DNA of 64,000 nt from a virus (IMGVR_UViG_3300049141_000098:32001-96000), one strand, 5' to 3'. Shown: positions 19,753 to 28,865, counted from the stretch's first letter. A program made the numbers and translations. The notes: generated by a model from the letters alone, not told the origin.

Positions 19753-20220
19753 TCAGGCCTTCTGGTTCTCCTCGTGCTCGGCCCACAGTTCGCTGAAGGT
19801 CTTGCCGTCGTCCTCAGAGAGCGAGATCTCCGTGCTCTCCGAGATGGACTTGCCCGCCTTGGCCTCCTGGACCCGGCGCAGGCGGCTCTTGGCCCGCTCC
19901 GTTGTGCACTTGGTCTTGATCGCCAGCGAAGTGACGGGGTCCTGGTCGCGCGCCACGGCTTCGTCGTGGATCCGGGTCCACTCAGGCAGATCCTTGCGAA
20001 GGGACGCCTCCGCCAGTTCGACCGCGTGCGGATGCCGGTCCTTGGTGTCCTTGAGAAGGAGCTTGAAGATCTCCCGCTCGATACCCTCGTTGCTGCCGTC
20101 CTCAGCGCGAAGCGTCGCCTCGAAGCTGCGGAGGACCAGGTAGATGGCGCCCTCTCGGGAGACGCCGAGCTTCTGCATCTCTGCCTCCAGGAGGGCCGTC
20201 GGACTGTCGGGCATCTTCAT
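19753..20220 (-). CDS. Possible antitoxin upstream of RelE-like gene
   Basis: Position directly upstream of the toxin; acidic C-terminus after RRVQEAKAGKSIS. Confidence 0.4.
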   Translation of the reverse strand: MKMPDSPTALLEAEMQKLGVSREGAIYLVLRSFEATLRAEDGSNEGIEREIFKLLLKDTKDRHPHAVELAEASLRKDLPEWTRIHDEAVARDQDPVTSLAIKTKCTTERAKSRLRRVQEAKAGKSISESTEISLSEDDGKTFSELWAEHEENQKA

Positions 20221-20273
20221 GCTGTTCTCCCATGTGATTCGATATGGCGGGGTGTTGACTGAGCGGATCTCGT

Positions 20274-20879
20274 CTACAGGCCAACTCGCGTGGCCCCGTA
20301 GTAGTCAGGCATGTAGTGGACCTTGTCGACTCGGATGAGGGTGCCGGTCCGGGGGGCGTGCAGCATCTTCCCGTCGCCTACATAGATGCCCACATGGTGA
20401 ATCGACCGCCAGTTGCCCTTCTGTCCGAAGAACACCAGGTCGCCCGGTTGCAGCTCGTTCCAAGCGGGGTGGACGTCGGTCGTCTTGTACTGGTCATTGG
20501 CCACGCGAGGCAGCCTGACGCCAGCTTTCGCATACGCCGCCTGGGTCAGCCCTGAGCAGTCGAACCGGCCGCCCTGGGCCGACGAACCCGTGCCGCCCCA
20601 GAGGTAGGGCACGCCAATCTTCGTCTTGGCGTATGCGATGGCCACGGCTGCGGCATCCCCCGAGCGGGAGCGGGAGACGCTTGAGGCGTCCTCCTCCTGC
20701 TGATCGGCTTCCTGCCGCCGCCTCTCCGGGGAGTACCAGTTGACCTCCTCGATCGCCGGGTTGTCGTTGGCCTTAGCGTTCGAGATGGGTGCGGCTTTGA
20801 GGGCCGCGCAGGACGTCATGATGGGCGTGAGTAGGGCCGCCGAAGCGACTGCGGCGATCACGCGCGGGGCTCGATTCAC
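20274..20879 (-). CDS. NlpC/P60 cell-wall peptidase (secreted or lipoprotein)
   Basis: PYLWGG, FDCSGL, LPRVANDQY, PGDLVFF, HHVGIYVG; N-terminal signal with TSC. Confidence 0.92.
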   Translation of the reverse strand: MNRAPRVIAAVASAALLTPIMTSCAALKAAPISNAKANDNPAIEEVNWYSPERRRQEADQQEEDASSVSRSRSGDAAAVAIAYAKTKIGVPYLWGGTGSSAQGGRFDCSGLTQAAYAKAGVRLPRVANDQYKTTDVHPAWNELQPGDLVFFGQKGNWRSIHHVGIYVGDGKMLHAPRTGTLIRVDKVHYMPDYYGATRVGL

Positions 20880-21511
20880 CGCTCGTACTTCCTCGTCTTC
20901 CGCTCGATCATCTTCACGTACGTGTAGGTCTCGCAGTTAGCGAAGGAGCAGGGCGGGACGCCGCCGTACTGCTTCACCCGGAAGCCGCCCGCGTTGTATC
21001 CGGCGAGCATGTTCTTCCAGGTCGGGCCCGGCACGTCCTTCAAGCCCTTGGCCAGCTTGCAGTCGAACGTGGCGGCAGACGGGATGGCATCTTCGGGGTC
21101 GTACTTGTTTCTCTTGCCGTCCCCGTTGGCGTCGATCCCCTCCGTAGCCCAGGTCGAGTCGATGAACTGAGCCATACCCTTGGCGGAGGCCGGGGAGTTC
21201 AAGCGCCCGTCGATGACCTCCGGCTTGAAGTTCATGCTTTCCTGCTCAAGCTGGGCCGCGAGCAGTGCAGGGGTTAGCGTCTTGCACTTGTTGCCCCACT
21301 TGTTCACCAGCTCTTCCCACCGCTTCTTCGGCAGGGATCCTTCGCGGATCTGGGCACTGGAGCCAGTGAACTTGTAGCCCTGTTTTGCCTCAGGCTTCGC
21401 GACTGGAACCGCGTTTGCGGCGGACGGCACTGCCGGGATGAAACCTGTGATTGCCTGCACCGCTCCCGTGGCCAAGAAGATGCCAACGAAGGCGCCTCCA
21501 GCCCTACGCAT
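20876..21511 (-). CDS. Lytic transglycosylase (SLT/lysozyme-like)
   Basis: LLAAQLEQES, SPASAKGMAQF..STW, YDPEDAI, LAGYNAG, ET..YV; N-terminal signal/TM segment. Confidence 0.88.
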   Translation of the reverse strand: MRRAGGAFVGIFLATGAVQAITGFIPAVPSAANAVPVAKPEAKQGYKFTGSSAQIREGSLPKKRWEELVNKWGNKCKTLTPALLAAQLEQESMNFKPEVIDGRLNSPASAKGMAQFIDSTWATEGIDANGDGKRNKYDPEDAIPSAATFDCKLAKGLKDVPGPTWKNMLAGYNAGGFRVKQYGGVPPCSFANCETYTYVKMIERKTRKYER

Positions 21512-21551
21512 TCCCTTCTCCTTTCCTTGTAGCTGACACCACCATAACAAC

Positions 21552-21561
21552 GGCCTAGGCC
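21552..21561. promoter_or_regulatory. GGCCTAGGCC operator in the promoter spacer of the SLT/NlpC operon
   Basis: Within TTGTTA-18-TATGGT on the minus strand. Confidence 0.65.
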
Positions 21562-21673
21562 ATTTAACAAGGTGGTTCAGCACGGGACTTGAGGCAAGGA
21601 GGGTTTCCAGGCCGGGCCGGGAAACGCCGAAGCGGCTCACCTCCGCGAGGGAGGCGAGCCGCTTCGAAGCCGT

Positions 21674-22267
21674 TCAGCCGATGTGCAGCAGCTGAGGGAT
21701 CCAGTGGCCGACGTTGAAGGTGATCTCGGAGAACGTGCCGCCTCCGAGGGGAAACACCAGGCCGCAGACGGCCCCGTAGGCCAGATCCTTCATGTCGTCA
21801 TCCCGGTTCCGCAGCGACAGGAGGACCAGGATGAAGCACAGGCCCGCCGCTCCGATGTCCGCCAGGATAGGAAAGCCCGACAGGGAGAGGATCAAATCCT
21901 GAACCCACTGGGCGAGGCTCAGCACCGCGCCCGGCTGACTGCTCAGGATGGCGGTCATGCCGAAGAGGCCGAACATGAACGTCATGAGGGACTTCCAGTC
22001 GAGCCCCTCGCTGTCGTTCCGCTTGGACAGGTTGTCCATGAGCCTCTTCGTGGTATCCCCGATGAGACGGTCGCCGAGCGAGACGAAGAGAGGGCCCCAG
22101 GGGCCCATCGGAACCATCTCGCCGGAGCCCCGACGCTTGCGGCCCCGGATGAACCAGGCCGACATGACGAGCAGGATGATGCCGACGCCAGCCATGGACA
22201 TGTGGCCGACCCAGGATGTCTCCGGGACGTCGACCTGCTGCTGTTGGACTACCGCCAGGGTGTTCAC
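21674..22267 (-). CDS. Multi-pass membrane protein (putative transfer/spread)
   Basis: Four hydrophobic segments; co-oriented with the cell-wall hydrolases. Confidence 0.65.
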   Translation of the reverse strand: MNTLAVVQQQQVDVPETSWVGHMSMAGVGIILLVMSAWFIRGRKRRGSGEMVPMGPWGPLFVSLGDRLIGDTTKRLMDNLSKRNDSEGLDWKSLMTFMFGLFGMTAILSSQPGAVLSLAQWVQDLILSLSGFPILADIGAAGLCFILVLLSLRNRDDDMKDLAYGAVCGLVFPLGGGTFSEITFNVGHWIPQLLHIG

Positions 22268-22316
22268 CTTTCTTCTCCTTTTCGGTGTGGAGCGCTGGGC
22301 TTGGCGCCCCCTGCTC

Positions 22317-22370
22317 TTACTTGCCGTGTGTGGGCGTCAGGATCGGCAGGTCGTTGTTGTTGTTGCGCAT
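22317..22370 (-). CDS. Candidate 17-aa small ORF MRNNNNDLPILTPTHGK
   Basis: Strong RBS GGAAAGGAG about 10 nt upstream of the ATG; sits in an operon gap. Confidence 0.3.
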   Translation of the reverse strand: MRNNNNDLPILTPTHGK

Positions 22371-22476
22371 CTCGTTCTTTCTCCTTTCCGAGCGTTGGCC
22401 CGCAGGCCACGCTTAGCGCGCTCCGGCCGTTGTGAGGCGGCACCGCACCCATAAGGTGCGTCGGAGGCTTGATGCA

Positions 22477-23436
22477 TCACCAGGCTGCATCCGGTGCGTT
22501 GAGTAGAGCGCCTGAGATGATCGAGGCGAGTGGGATCATGAGGATCGCGTGGAAGAGACCGGGCCCCATCTTGCTGCTCCGCTCCAACTCCTCCTCCGAC
22601 ATGGCCTGCCGGGCGTGGTAGAGCTTTTCCATGCGATCAAAGACCCACATCGTGCAGTAGTAGGCCGCGCAGAACAGGCCAGCGACCCAGATTTGCCACC
22701 ACCCCAGCGTCCACGGCTGGCCGAACCAGGCCGTGATGTAGTCCGGGTAGGCCACGCCCACCAGGAAGGTGGCCGGGACCATCCAGGGCAGCCTGGTCAG
22801 CCACTTAACGGCGAGTTCGGCTGCCTTGCCGTAGTAGGGCGATCGCTTGATGTGCTCGACCGCCGCGCTTCTGAAGCTGAACAGGACCATGGGTGCGAGG
22901 CCAAGACAGATTGCCGCGATGAGGCCGACCGTCTGACCCGTCTCACTGGCCATCCGTAACGTGTCCCGGAACCATCGCCCAGGCCCCTGGAGGAGGCCCC
23001 AGTCGATGGTGCTGGTGCCGTAGCGGATCCGTTCATAGGCGGCGGCCAGAAGGAACTGCGGGCCAACAGCCCAGGACGCAGCCACCGAGATCATGAACGA
23101 GGTGACGTACGGCCTCGTCTTTCCGTTCTTCGGAGCGAGAGTCCTTCTGACGGCCTTGATGACCGGTTGTACCGTCTCGCGGGCGACCTCTCCCTCTCTA
23201 CTGACTTTCTGCTTGGCGGGAGCCAGGATTTCTCCCGCTTCCCGGCGGATGTTTTGCTTCTTTCCCTCAGCCGATTTCCTCGCGTCCACCCACTTGGAGT
23301 GAGACGACGAGATCTTCCCCTTCAGGTTCTTGAGGTCCCCCTTCAGGGTGCGCGGTGGCTTCCGCGTCCCAGAGGGCTTCAGGTGCACATCAGGGTCATA
23401 CGTCGGCTTCGGCGGAGTCTTGACCGGCGCGGTCAC
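22477..23436 (-). CDS. Multi-pass membrane protein (putative transfer/spread)
   Basis: Basic N-terminus followed by about five TM helices. Confidence 0.7.
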   Translation of the reverse strand: MTAPVKTPPKPTYDPDVHLKPSGTRKPPRTLKGDLKNLKGKISSSHSKWVDARKSAEGKKQNIRREAGEILAPAKQKVSREGEVARETVQPVIKAVRRTLAPKNGKTRPYVTSFMISVAASWAVGPQFLLAAAYERIRYGTSTIDWGLLQGPGRWFRDTLRMASETGQTVGLIAAICLGLAPMVLFSFRSAAVEHIKRSPYYGKAAELAVKWLTRLPWMVPATFLVGVAYPDYITAWFGQPWTLGWWQIWVAGLFCAAYYCTMWVFDRMEKLYHARQAMSEEELERSSKMGPGLFHAILMIPLASIISGALLNAPDAAW

Positions 23437-23652
23437 ATCTCTCCCTCCCGATGAGGAGTTTGGCCAGAAGTCCTTCCGATACCCTGCTCACGGATTGGCC
23501 TAGGCTGGCGATACCCTGGAGAGGGTCAGTCCGTGAGAGGAGGTCGAACTTCGTCTGGAGCCCCGGAAGGTTCCAGTTCCTCCTCGTTTGCCATGCTGTG
23601 CGACGTCTGCCCTTCTTCGGCTGGCGTCGCGGACTCCAGCATGACACAATTC

Positions 23653-23662
23653 GGCCTAGGCC
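23653..23662. promoter_or_regulatory. GGCCTAGGCC operator upstream of the GntR gene
   Basis: In the divergent intergenic region, overlapping TTGTGG-17-CATGCT (minus). A second near-copy lies at 23497-23506. Confidence 0.65.
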
Positions 23663-23685
23663 ACAAGTAGAAGTGAGGAGAGAGC

Positions 23686-24420
23686 GTGAGCGAGCAAATC
23701 CCCAAGTTCCGGTCTATCGCGCAGAAGTTGAGGTCTCAGGTGACCTCCGGAGCGCTGGCGCCCGGTACCCCCCTCGCGTCGCGTCGAAGGCTTGCGAAGG
23801 ATTTCCAGACGTCGCGCGTCACGATCGACAAGGTCGTTGAGCTGCTGACAGCGGAAGGAGTTTTCGAGCCTTCCGACGGCAATCGACCACCAGTTGTTGC
23901 GGATATCTCGCAACGAGTCGTCAGCGTGCAGGACCGGGTGGACAGTCATGCCACCAACGGTCGGGCGTTGCGAGCCAATGAGGTCTCGAAGATCTTGTCG
24001 GTCGAGAAGACGCCATGCCCAGCCGACATCGCCCCCTTGCTCGGCGTCGCTCCGGGCAAGGAGGTTCTTTGCCGAACCCGACTGAACCTGGTCGACGACC
24101 ATCCGGATGCCACGGGCTACTCCTACTACCCACCGGAGGTGGTGGAGTTGGTGCCGGAGCTGGCACAGCCCGAATCCCTCCCCGAGGGCTCCCGGGAGTT
24201 GGTGAGCGAACGCATGGGGTCCCGGCAGAAGTACCGAAGGGACATCGTCACGTCTCGTCTGGCCACCGATCGGGAGCGTGAACTTCTCCAGTTGGGTGGC
24301 ACCTTGAATGTCGTGACACAGGACATGCGCCATGTGACCCTGGCCAACGGCAAGGTCATCGAGGTGGCCGTAAAGATCACCGAAGGAAACCGTCCGATCT
24401 CGTTTCTCTCGGAGCTGTGA
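23686..24420 (+). CDS. GntR-family (HutC/UTRA) regulator, KorSA/TraR-like
   Basis: N-terminal wHTH PKFRSIAQKLRSQV.SG.LAPG..L.SRR.LA..FQTSRVTI; C-terminal UTRA-like domain; divergent from the membrane/hydrolase operon. Confidence 0.88.
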   Translation: MSEQIPKFRSIAQKLRSQVTSGALAPGTPLASRRRLAKDFQTSRVTIDKVVELLTAEGVFEPSDGNRPPVVADISQRVVSVQDRVDSHATNGRALRANEVSKILSVEKTPCPADIAPLLGVAPGKEVLCRTRLNLVDDHPDATGYSYYPPEVVELVPELAQPESLPEGSRELVSERMGSRQKYRRDIVTSRLATDRERELLQLGGTLNVVTQDMRHVTLANGKVIEVAVKITEGNRPISFLSEL

Positions 24421-24459
24421 AGCCTGACGGCGGTCAGCAGGACGCCGCTTTACGACGAA

Positions 24460-24500
24460 GGGCCCGGTTGCAGGGAGGCCACAACCCTGCAACCGGGCCC
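24460..24500. terminator. Bidirectional intrinsic terminator
   Basis: 16-bp perfect inverted repeat GGGCCCGGTTGCAGGG/CCCTGCAACCGGGCCC between convergent genes. Confidence 0.8.
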
Positions 24501-24512
24501 GTTTTGTTGCGC

Positions 24513-25277
24513 TCAGGGGACGTGGTCGAGCTTGAAGGCGTCGTCGCCACGCGCCAGCTCCTCGCGCATCTCCTCGTACTGCCAAAGATGTCCCTGAGGG
24601 TGGAGCCAGACCAGCTCCTCCATGTAGGCGGGAAGCTTCTCGCCTTGCATCTCCAGGGGGATGTGCAGGCACTCTGACGGTCCGACCCCGTACAGCCAAG
24701 TGAGGGCGCCGAATCCGATGAAGTGCCGCTGACCACCAGACGTGACGTAGCCGGGGCAGACGGCATACTTCTTCCCCGCTACGTCCTCGGGCCGGAACTC
24801 TCGATCAGGCGGGTCGCCAGGTTCTGCAACTCGTCGGCGATCCTCTCGGCGTCCCTCGCTCCGTATCGATCCTCGATGCTCTCCTGCCACCCGCTGGCCA
24901 GGGCGGACTCCAGGATCAGTCCGGCGCGGAACTTCGCTTCCCGCTTCGCCTGCCTGCCATCCATCGGGGATGGGCCTCCACTTTCTATCAGTCTTCCTGC
25001 GTTCAGGGTCCCAAAGAGCTGGCCCTCCCGCCCGGATCCAGCTCCGTACGTCCGCCAGACTAGGGGCGACCAGCACCTGCCACCGGGTCCACCTGTCCAG
25101 TCCGACACTGAATCGGGTGTCGCGCACTGTCCAGTACTGCGGCTTCGACGACCCGCAGTACTCGGGTTCGACCACGAGGTGACTGTGCCCGGAGATCTCG
25201 TAGTGCAGGTCGTCAGTCCGATCGCTGCCCCGACGGTGCAGCAGAGGCTTCGTCACGGCCGTTCCAGGAAGTACCAC
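24513..25277 (-). CDS. Hypothetical protein (two domains joined by a linker overlapping a nested ORF)
   Basis: 254-aa open frame; globular-looking N- and C-terminal parts. Confidence 0.5.
   Translation of the reverse strand: MVLPGTAVTKPLLHRRGSDRTDDLHYEISGHSHLVVEPEYCGSSKPQYWTVRDTRFSVGLDRWTRWQVLVAPSLADVRSWIRAGGPALWDPERRKTDRKWRPIPDGWQAGEAGSEVPRRTDPGVRPGQRVAGEHRGSIRSEGRREDRRRVAEPGDPPDREFRPEDVAGKKYAVCPGYVTSGGQRHFIGFGALTWLYGVGPSECLHIPLEMQGEKLPAYMEELVWLHPQGHLWQYEEMREELARGDDAFKLDHVP
24779..24964 (-). CDS. Nested 61-aa ORF in alternative frame
   Basis: MDGRQAKREAKFRAGLILESAL...; GGAGG RBS upstream; amphipathic helical composition. Confidence 0.45.
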   Translation of the reverse strand: MDGRQAKREAKFRAGLILESALASGWQESIEDRYGARDAERIADELQNLATRLIESSGPRT

Positions 25278-25594
25278 TCATCTCCGTCAAAGCGAAGGTC
25301 GCCGAAGTCGGTTCCGATCGTGACATCGCCCGAGCTGTGTGCGGTCACTGCGGCATCCCCCTGCGTGGTCAGCAGGTTCAGACCAGAAGCAAGCACATTG
25401 CCCAGCTCTCTGCCTTGGGACATGGGGTCATCTCCAGCGACCAGCTCGGCCATCGCGGCTTCCACGTCTTTCGTCAGTGACCTGCTGGAGCCGAGCCTTG
25501 CGAGTTCCTTCTCCGCCTTGTCGACGATGAGCCACAGCTCCGCAACACGCGCATTGCGCTCCGCCCTGTTCACGCTTTCCCCTCTCCGTGTCAA
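25253..25594 (-). CDS. Hypothetical protein
   Basis: 113-aa ORF overlapping neighbours. Confidence 0.55.
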   Translation of the reverse strand: MTRRGESVNRAERNARVAELWLIVDKAEKELARLGSSRSLTKDVEAAMAELVAGDDPMSQGRELGNVLASGLNLLTTQGDAAVTAHSSGDVTIGTDFGDLRFDGDEWYFLERP

Positions 25595-26292
25595 CCCTCG
25601 TCGCTCACAGCCACCAGATCTCCCGAGAGGTCCAGTAGAGCTACCTGGTGTGGAGCTGTCTTCGTGGAGAACTCGACCGTACCTTCGACGACTTCGCCGG
25701 GTTCGATGGCCCGCAACCCGGGGGCCAACGTACCCTCGCCGACAATCGCTGGGCGACCGTCACCCTTCACCATCGTGGCAAGCACGGTCACCTGTTCGTC
25801 AGTGCTGTTGCGGATGGTCACCTTCATGACAACGCCGACTTGCCCTTTGCCCGCAGGGGTGGCCGAGAGCGTGACAACCTTCGCCGTCGGCTGCCCAGGT
25901 GGAGGGGTTGCCCTCGATGGACTCTGCGCCGGACCTTCTCCTGCGGCTGGGAGGTCTTCACCAGAAACACCTCCGCCAGCAGGGGGAAGGTCTGCACTCT
26001 GACTGGTGGATGTGGTGGCGGGGGACTTCCCCTCCTGCTCGCTTCCGTCAGTCGCGGCGTTGAGGAACAGTGAGCCCACGATGACCGCGCCCGCCACGCC
26101 GCCGACTACCTTCACGACCCTGCCCCGAGAATTGCCAGAGGTGGGGGCGTCCGGCTTGTCGCTGTCCGGCTCTTCCCGCGTGGGGTTGACCGGAGGCTGC
26201 GAAGGTTGAGGGAGCGCCGCTATGGGCGGTGCGATCGACTCCTTGATGCCTTCGCCCGTGGCGGGCTGCGTACTCCACCAGTCGGTAGTCAT
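25591..26292 (-). CDS. Membrane-anchored extracytoplasmic protein
   Basis: Single TM helix, Pro/Ser/Thr linker, C-terminal beta-rich Ig-like domain. Confidence 0.65.
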   Translation of the reverse strand: MTTDWWSTQPATGEGIKESIAPPIAALPQPSQPPVNPTREEPDSDKPDAPTSGNSRGRVVKVVGGVAGAVIVGSLFLNAATDGSEQEGKSPATTSTSQSADLPPAGGGVSGEDLPAAGEGPAQSPSRATPPPGQPTAKVVTLSATPAGKGQVGVVMKVTIRNSTDEQVTVLATMVKGDGRPAIVGEGTLAPGLRAIEPGEVVEGTVEFSTKTAPHQVALLDLSGDLVAVSDEG

Positions 26293-26498
26293 CCCTTCCT
26301 CCCTCCCTTCAGCTTTTTGCGGATGTTGAGCGCCGCTCCGGTTACGGCTCCGGCCACAAACGCTTCTTTCGACGGAACACCGATGGCCACGAAGGTGGCA
26401 CTGTCCAGTGCGGCGCCCATCAGGGCGGCCGTGGTTACGCCGGGGTCGACCTCTTCCATGCCTTGCTGTATGGCCCAGGTGACGGCTTTCTCCATCAC
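26289..26498 (-). CDS. Small hydrophobic protein
   Basis: 69-aa Ala/Gly-rich ORF with 4-bp overlap. Confidence 0.55.
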   Translation of the reverse strand: MMEKAVTWAIQQGMEEVDPGVTTAALMGAALDSATFVAIGVPSKEAFVAGAVTGAALNIRKKLKGGRKG

Positions 26499-26560
26499 GG
26501 CAGAAGCACCGTCCTCTTGTTTTTCACCCTCACGATCCTTTTCCTTTCCGAAGTACAGAT

Positions 26561-26893
26561 CTACGCTTGGATCCGCGTCAGATCATGAGCACCCCAAAGT
26601 GCCAGATAATCGAACGTCCAGATCGAAGACTCCCCATCCTCACCCCCGCGCTCTTCGACAACCGGGGGTCGGAGGATGGTGAACTCCAGACCGTCGCGAT
26701 GCCGGTACACAATGCCAGGGGGCCAGATCGGCATGGTCGGATGTTCGTGACCGCCCGTAGGGGTGATTCGAATGCGAACATGTTTGATCTTTCCCGTGGG
26801 ATCCTCGTCGGACTCAATCGGCTGGATGACGATCAGATTGGCGCCTGTTGCGCCAGAAGCCTCAAGGCGCCAGGTCATGGCCCCTCCTTTCAC
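26561..26893 (-). CDS. Hypothetical protein
   Basis: 110-aa ORF with RBS GAAAGGAGG, downstream of a terminator. Confidence 0.5.
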   Translation of the reverse strand: MKGGAMTWRLEASGATGANLIVIQPIESDEDPTGKIKHVRIRITPTGGHEHPTMPIWPPGIVYRHRDGLEFTILRPPVVEERGGEDGESSIWTFDYLALWGAHDLTRIQA

Positions 26894-26927
26894 GTATCAA
26901 TACATCGAGAATACAAGCAAGTTGATA

Positions 26928-26962
26928 CAAATGAAGCCCCCTCTTTGAGGGGGCTTCATTTG
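26928..26962. terminator. Intrinsic terminator
   Basis: 16-bp perfect inverted repeat CAAATGAAGCCCCCTC-TTT-GAGGGGGCTTCATTTG. Confidence 0.8.
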
Positions 26963-26973
26963 TTGAGACACGC

Positions 26974-28089
26974 TCAGTCGGACGAATTTACCAGCCAGTC
27001 CGCGAGATTGTTCTCGATGAACCACTCACGCGGGAAGCTGGTCGTGGCCTCCGACAGTCGAGAAGGGTGCTTGATCTCGTTGGCGGAGCAGAAGTCGATT
27101 CGCTTAACGCCACCCAGGGCGTAGTCCGCTGCGTAGTAACGGCGAGCCAGTTCCGCCTTCCGTGCCTGAGGTTCAGACAGGCCCAGCGCCATCAGCTCAA
27201 TGAGTGAGGCGTCAACCCCATCGGATCCCGTCAGGGCCGGACGGGAAGCGGGGTTGACGACCTGACCGGAGATCATGCGTGGGCGACGAAGACTCATTTC
27301 CCAATCATGGTCGTCACGCATCCGGTCAACATTCGCGCGGGAGGACAGCTCAGCAATTCGGAGTTCCTCCTTCAGGCTGATGTCCAGCGCCTTGAGTCGA
27401 TTCTCCTGTCGCAGCTCCAGCTCCTTCAGCTCGAAGTCGCTCTGCTTCTTCAGGAGCTTGCGCTCGCCCTCGGCCCGCTCGTCCTCCAGGATGCGGTCGT
27501 TCTCACGGCGTCGGGCTTCCATCTCGGCCTTGTGCTTCTCCTCTGTAGCCTTGATCTTCTCGAACTCGACGTTGGCCGCGCGCCTCGTCTCATTGATTTC
27601 GCGCATCTCTTCGTCGGTCGGCGCGACGGGGTCACGCAGATCATCGAGCGCCAGCGACCACGTGAACTTCGTGGCGAGCGGCAGGATCGCAGTGAAGGCC
27701 GCCGTCCAGCCGCCAAGCTCATGGCCGTGGTAGCCGAGCATTGCGGCGACTGCGACTGCTTCGACCCAGCCGATGAACGGGAGAATGTTCCTCGACGTCC
27801 CCTTCGCGCCCCAGCCCGTCCACATGATCTTTTTGCCCTGGTACTCGGCCACCATCGTGGCGCTCCAGAAAACATCCATCGCCGCTGCGGCCGACAGGCC
27901 GACGAGGCTCAGGCCGCCGAGCCTCTCGATGGGAACTGCGGTGACCTGGTTCAGGTCCAGGAACGACCACGTCGAGTAGGCGAGCGATCCGAGGGACATG
28001 AAGCAGGCGAGGCCTACCAGGAAGCTGAACCTGCGCTTCATGTCCTTCTTCTCGGTTTGAGGATTCGTCTCGTTCACCGTCTCAGCCAT
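26974..28089 (-). CDS. Spd-like plasmid spread membrane protein
   Basis: Four N-terminal TM helices and a long coiled coil, an architecture like Streptomyces SpdB-type proteins. Confidence 0.6.
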   Translation of the reverse strand: MAETVNETNPQTEKKDMKRRFSFLVGLACFMSLGSLAYSTWSFLDLNQVTAVPIERLGGLSLVGLSAAAAMDVFWSATMVAEYQGKKIMWTGWGAKGTSRNILPFIGWVEAVAVAAMLGYHGHELGGWTAAFTAILPLATKFTWSLALDDLRDPVAPTDEEMREINETRRAANVEFEKIKATEEKHKAEMEARRRENDRILEDERAEGERKLLKKQSDFELKELELRQENRLKALDISLKEELRIAELSSRANVDRMRDDHDWEMSLRRPRMISGQVVNPASRPALTGSDGVDASLIELMALGLSEPQARKAELARRYYAADYALGGVKRIDFCSANEIKHPSRLSEATTSFPREWFIENNLADWLVNSSD

Positions 28090-28151
28090 CTTGCCGTTTC
28101 TCCCTCTTTCCGAAAGTGCCCGTGGGGGCGACATGCACGACTTTTCCAGAT

Positions 28152-28161
28152 GGCCTAGGCC
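28152..28161. promoter_or_regulatory. GGCCTAGGCC operator upstream of the spd-like gene
   Basis: One base from minus-strand TTGACA (28163-28168). Confidence 0.65.
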
Positions 28162-28334
28162 GTGTCAAGCGAACCTGGAAAAGTTCGTTCCAGAAGACGT
28201 TCTGTCCGTTTCGCTAGCTTCGAAGGGGTTAGCGGCGTCTTGCGGTGCCTCAATGCACCCCTTCGTCCGTTTCACCCACTGAACCACCTATCTTCTTTCG
28301 GCAGGTTCCAGTGAGATGGAAGCCCTTCCGTCTC

Positions 28335-28766
28335 TCAGGAAGACGGGCTGCGACGAAACAGACGTGAGAGGAAGCCCTTTCGCGCCCCACCATCCTCGGT
28401 GGAAGTCGCAGAACCCGATGAAGTCGCTGGTGTGGTGGACGAAGGGAGGTCTCCTGTCCGGTTCTGACCCGATTCGCCGCCTGGAACATCCGAAGAACCG
28501 CCGCCCAGGAGGCGAAGATCGAGGGCGTATATGTTCGCCCCCCGCAGTCCGTTGACCGAGAAGCCGGGCTCGGTGCGCAGCAGGCCCCGCTGGGTCAGTT
28601 CAGTGCGAGCGCGCACCAGGGCACCCTGCGTGAGGCCAGAGGCTTTCAGAAGAGCTGTCGTGGGCACTTGCGCCCGGCCCGCGCCATCGACGCGGTCCAG
28701 GAGAGTCTCAAGCAGCTTTCCTGCCTCGTAACCGAGGATGCTGCGGTCGAATGTCACGTCAGTCAT
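28335..28766 (-). CDS. Winged-helix protein
   Basis: LLKASGLTQGALVRARTELTQRGLL...ANIYAL. Confidence 0.6.
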   Translation of the reverse strand: MTDVTFDRSILGYEAGKLLETLLDRVDGAGRAQVPTTALLKASGLTQGALVRARTELTQRGLLRTEPGFSVNGLRGANIYALDLRLLGGGSSDVPGGESGQNRTGDLPSSTTPATSSGSATSTEDGGARKGFLSRLFRRSPSS

Positions 28767-28865
28767 GGGGGTGCCTTTCCGGGTAGGACCTGTCGGTGAT
28801 CAGGGTACGCAGAAGGGACGCTGGAACCATGTCCAGCGCCCCTTCTGGTGAGCTGCGCTCGCGAC

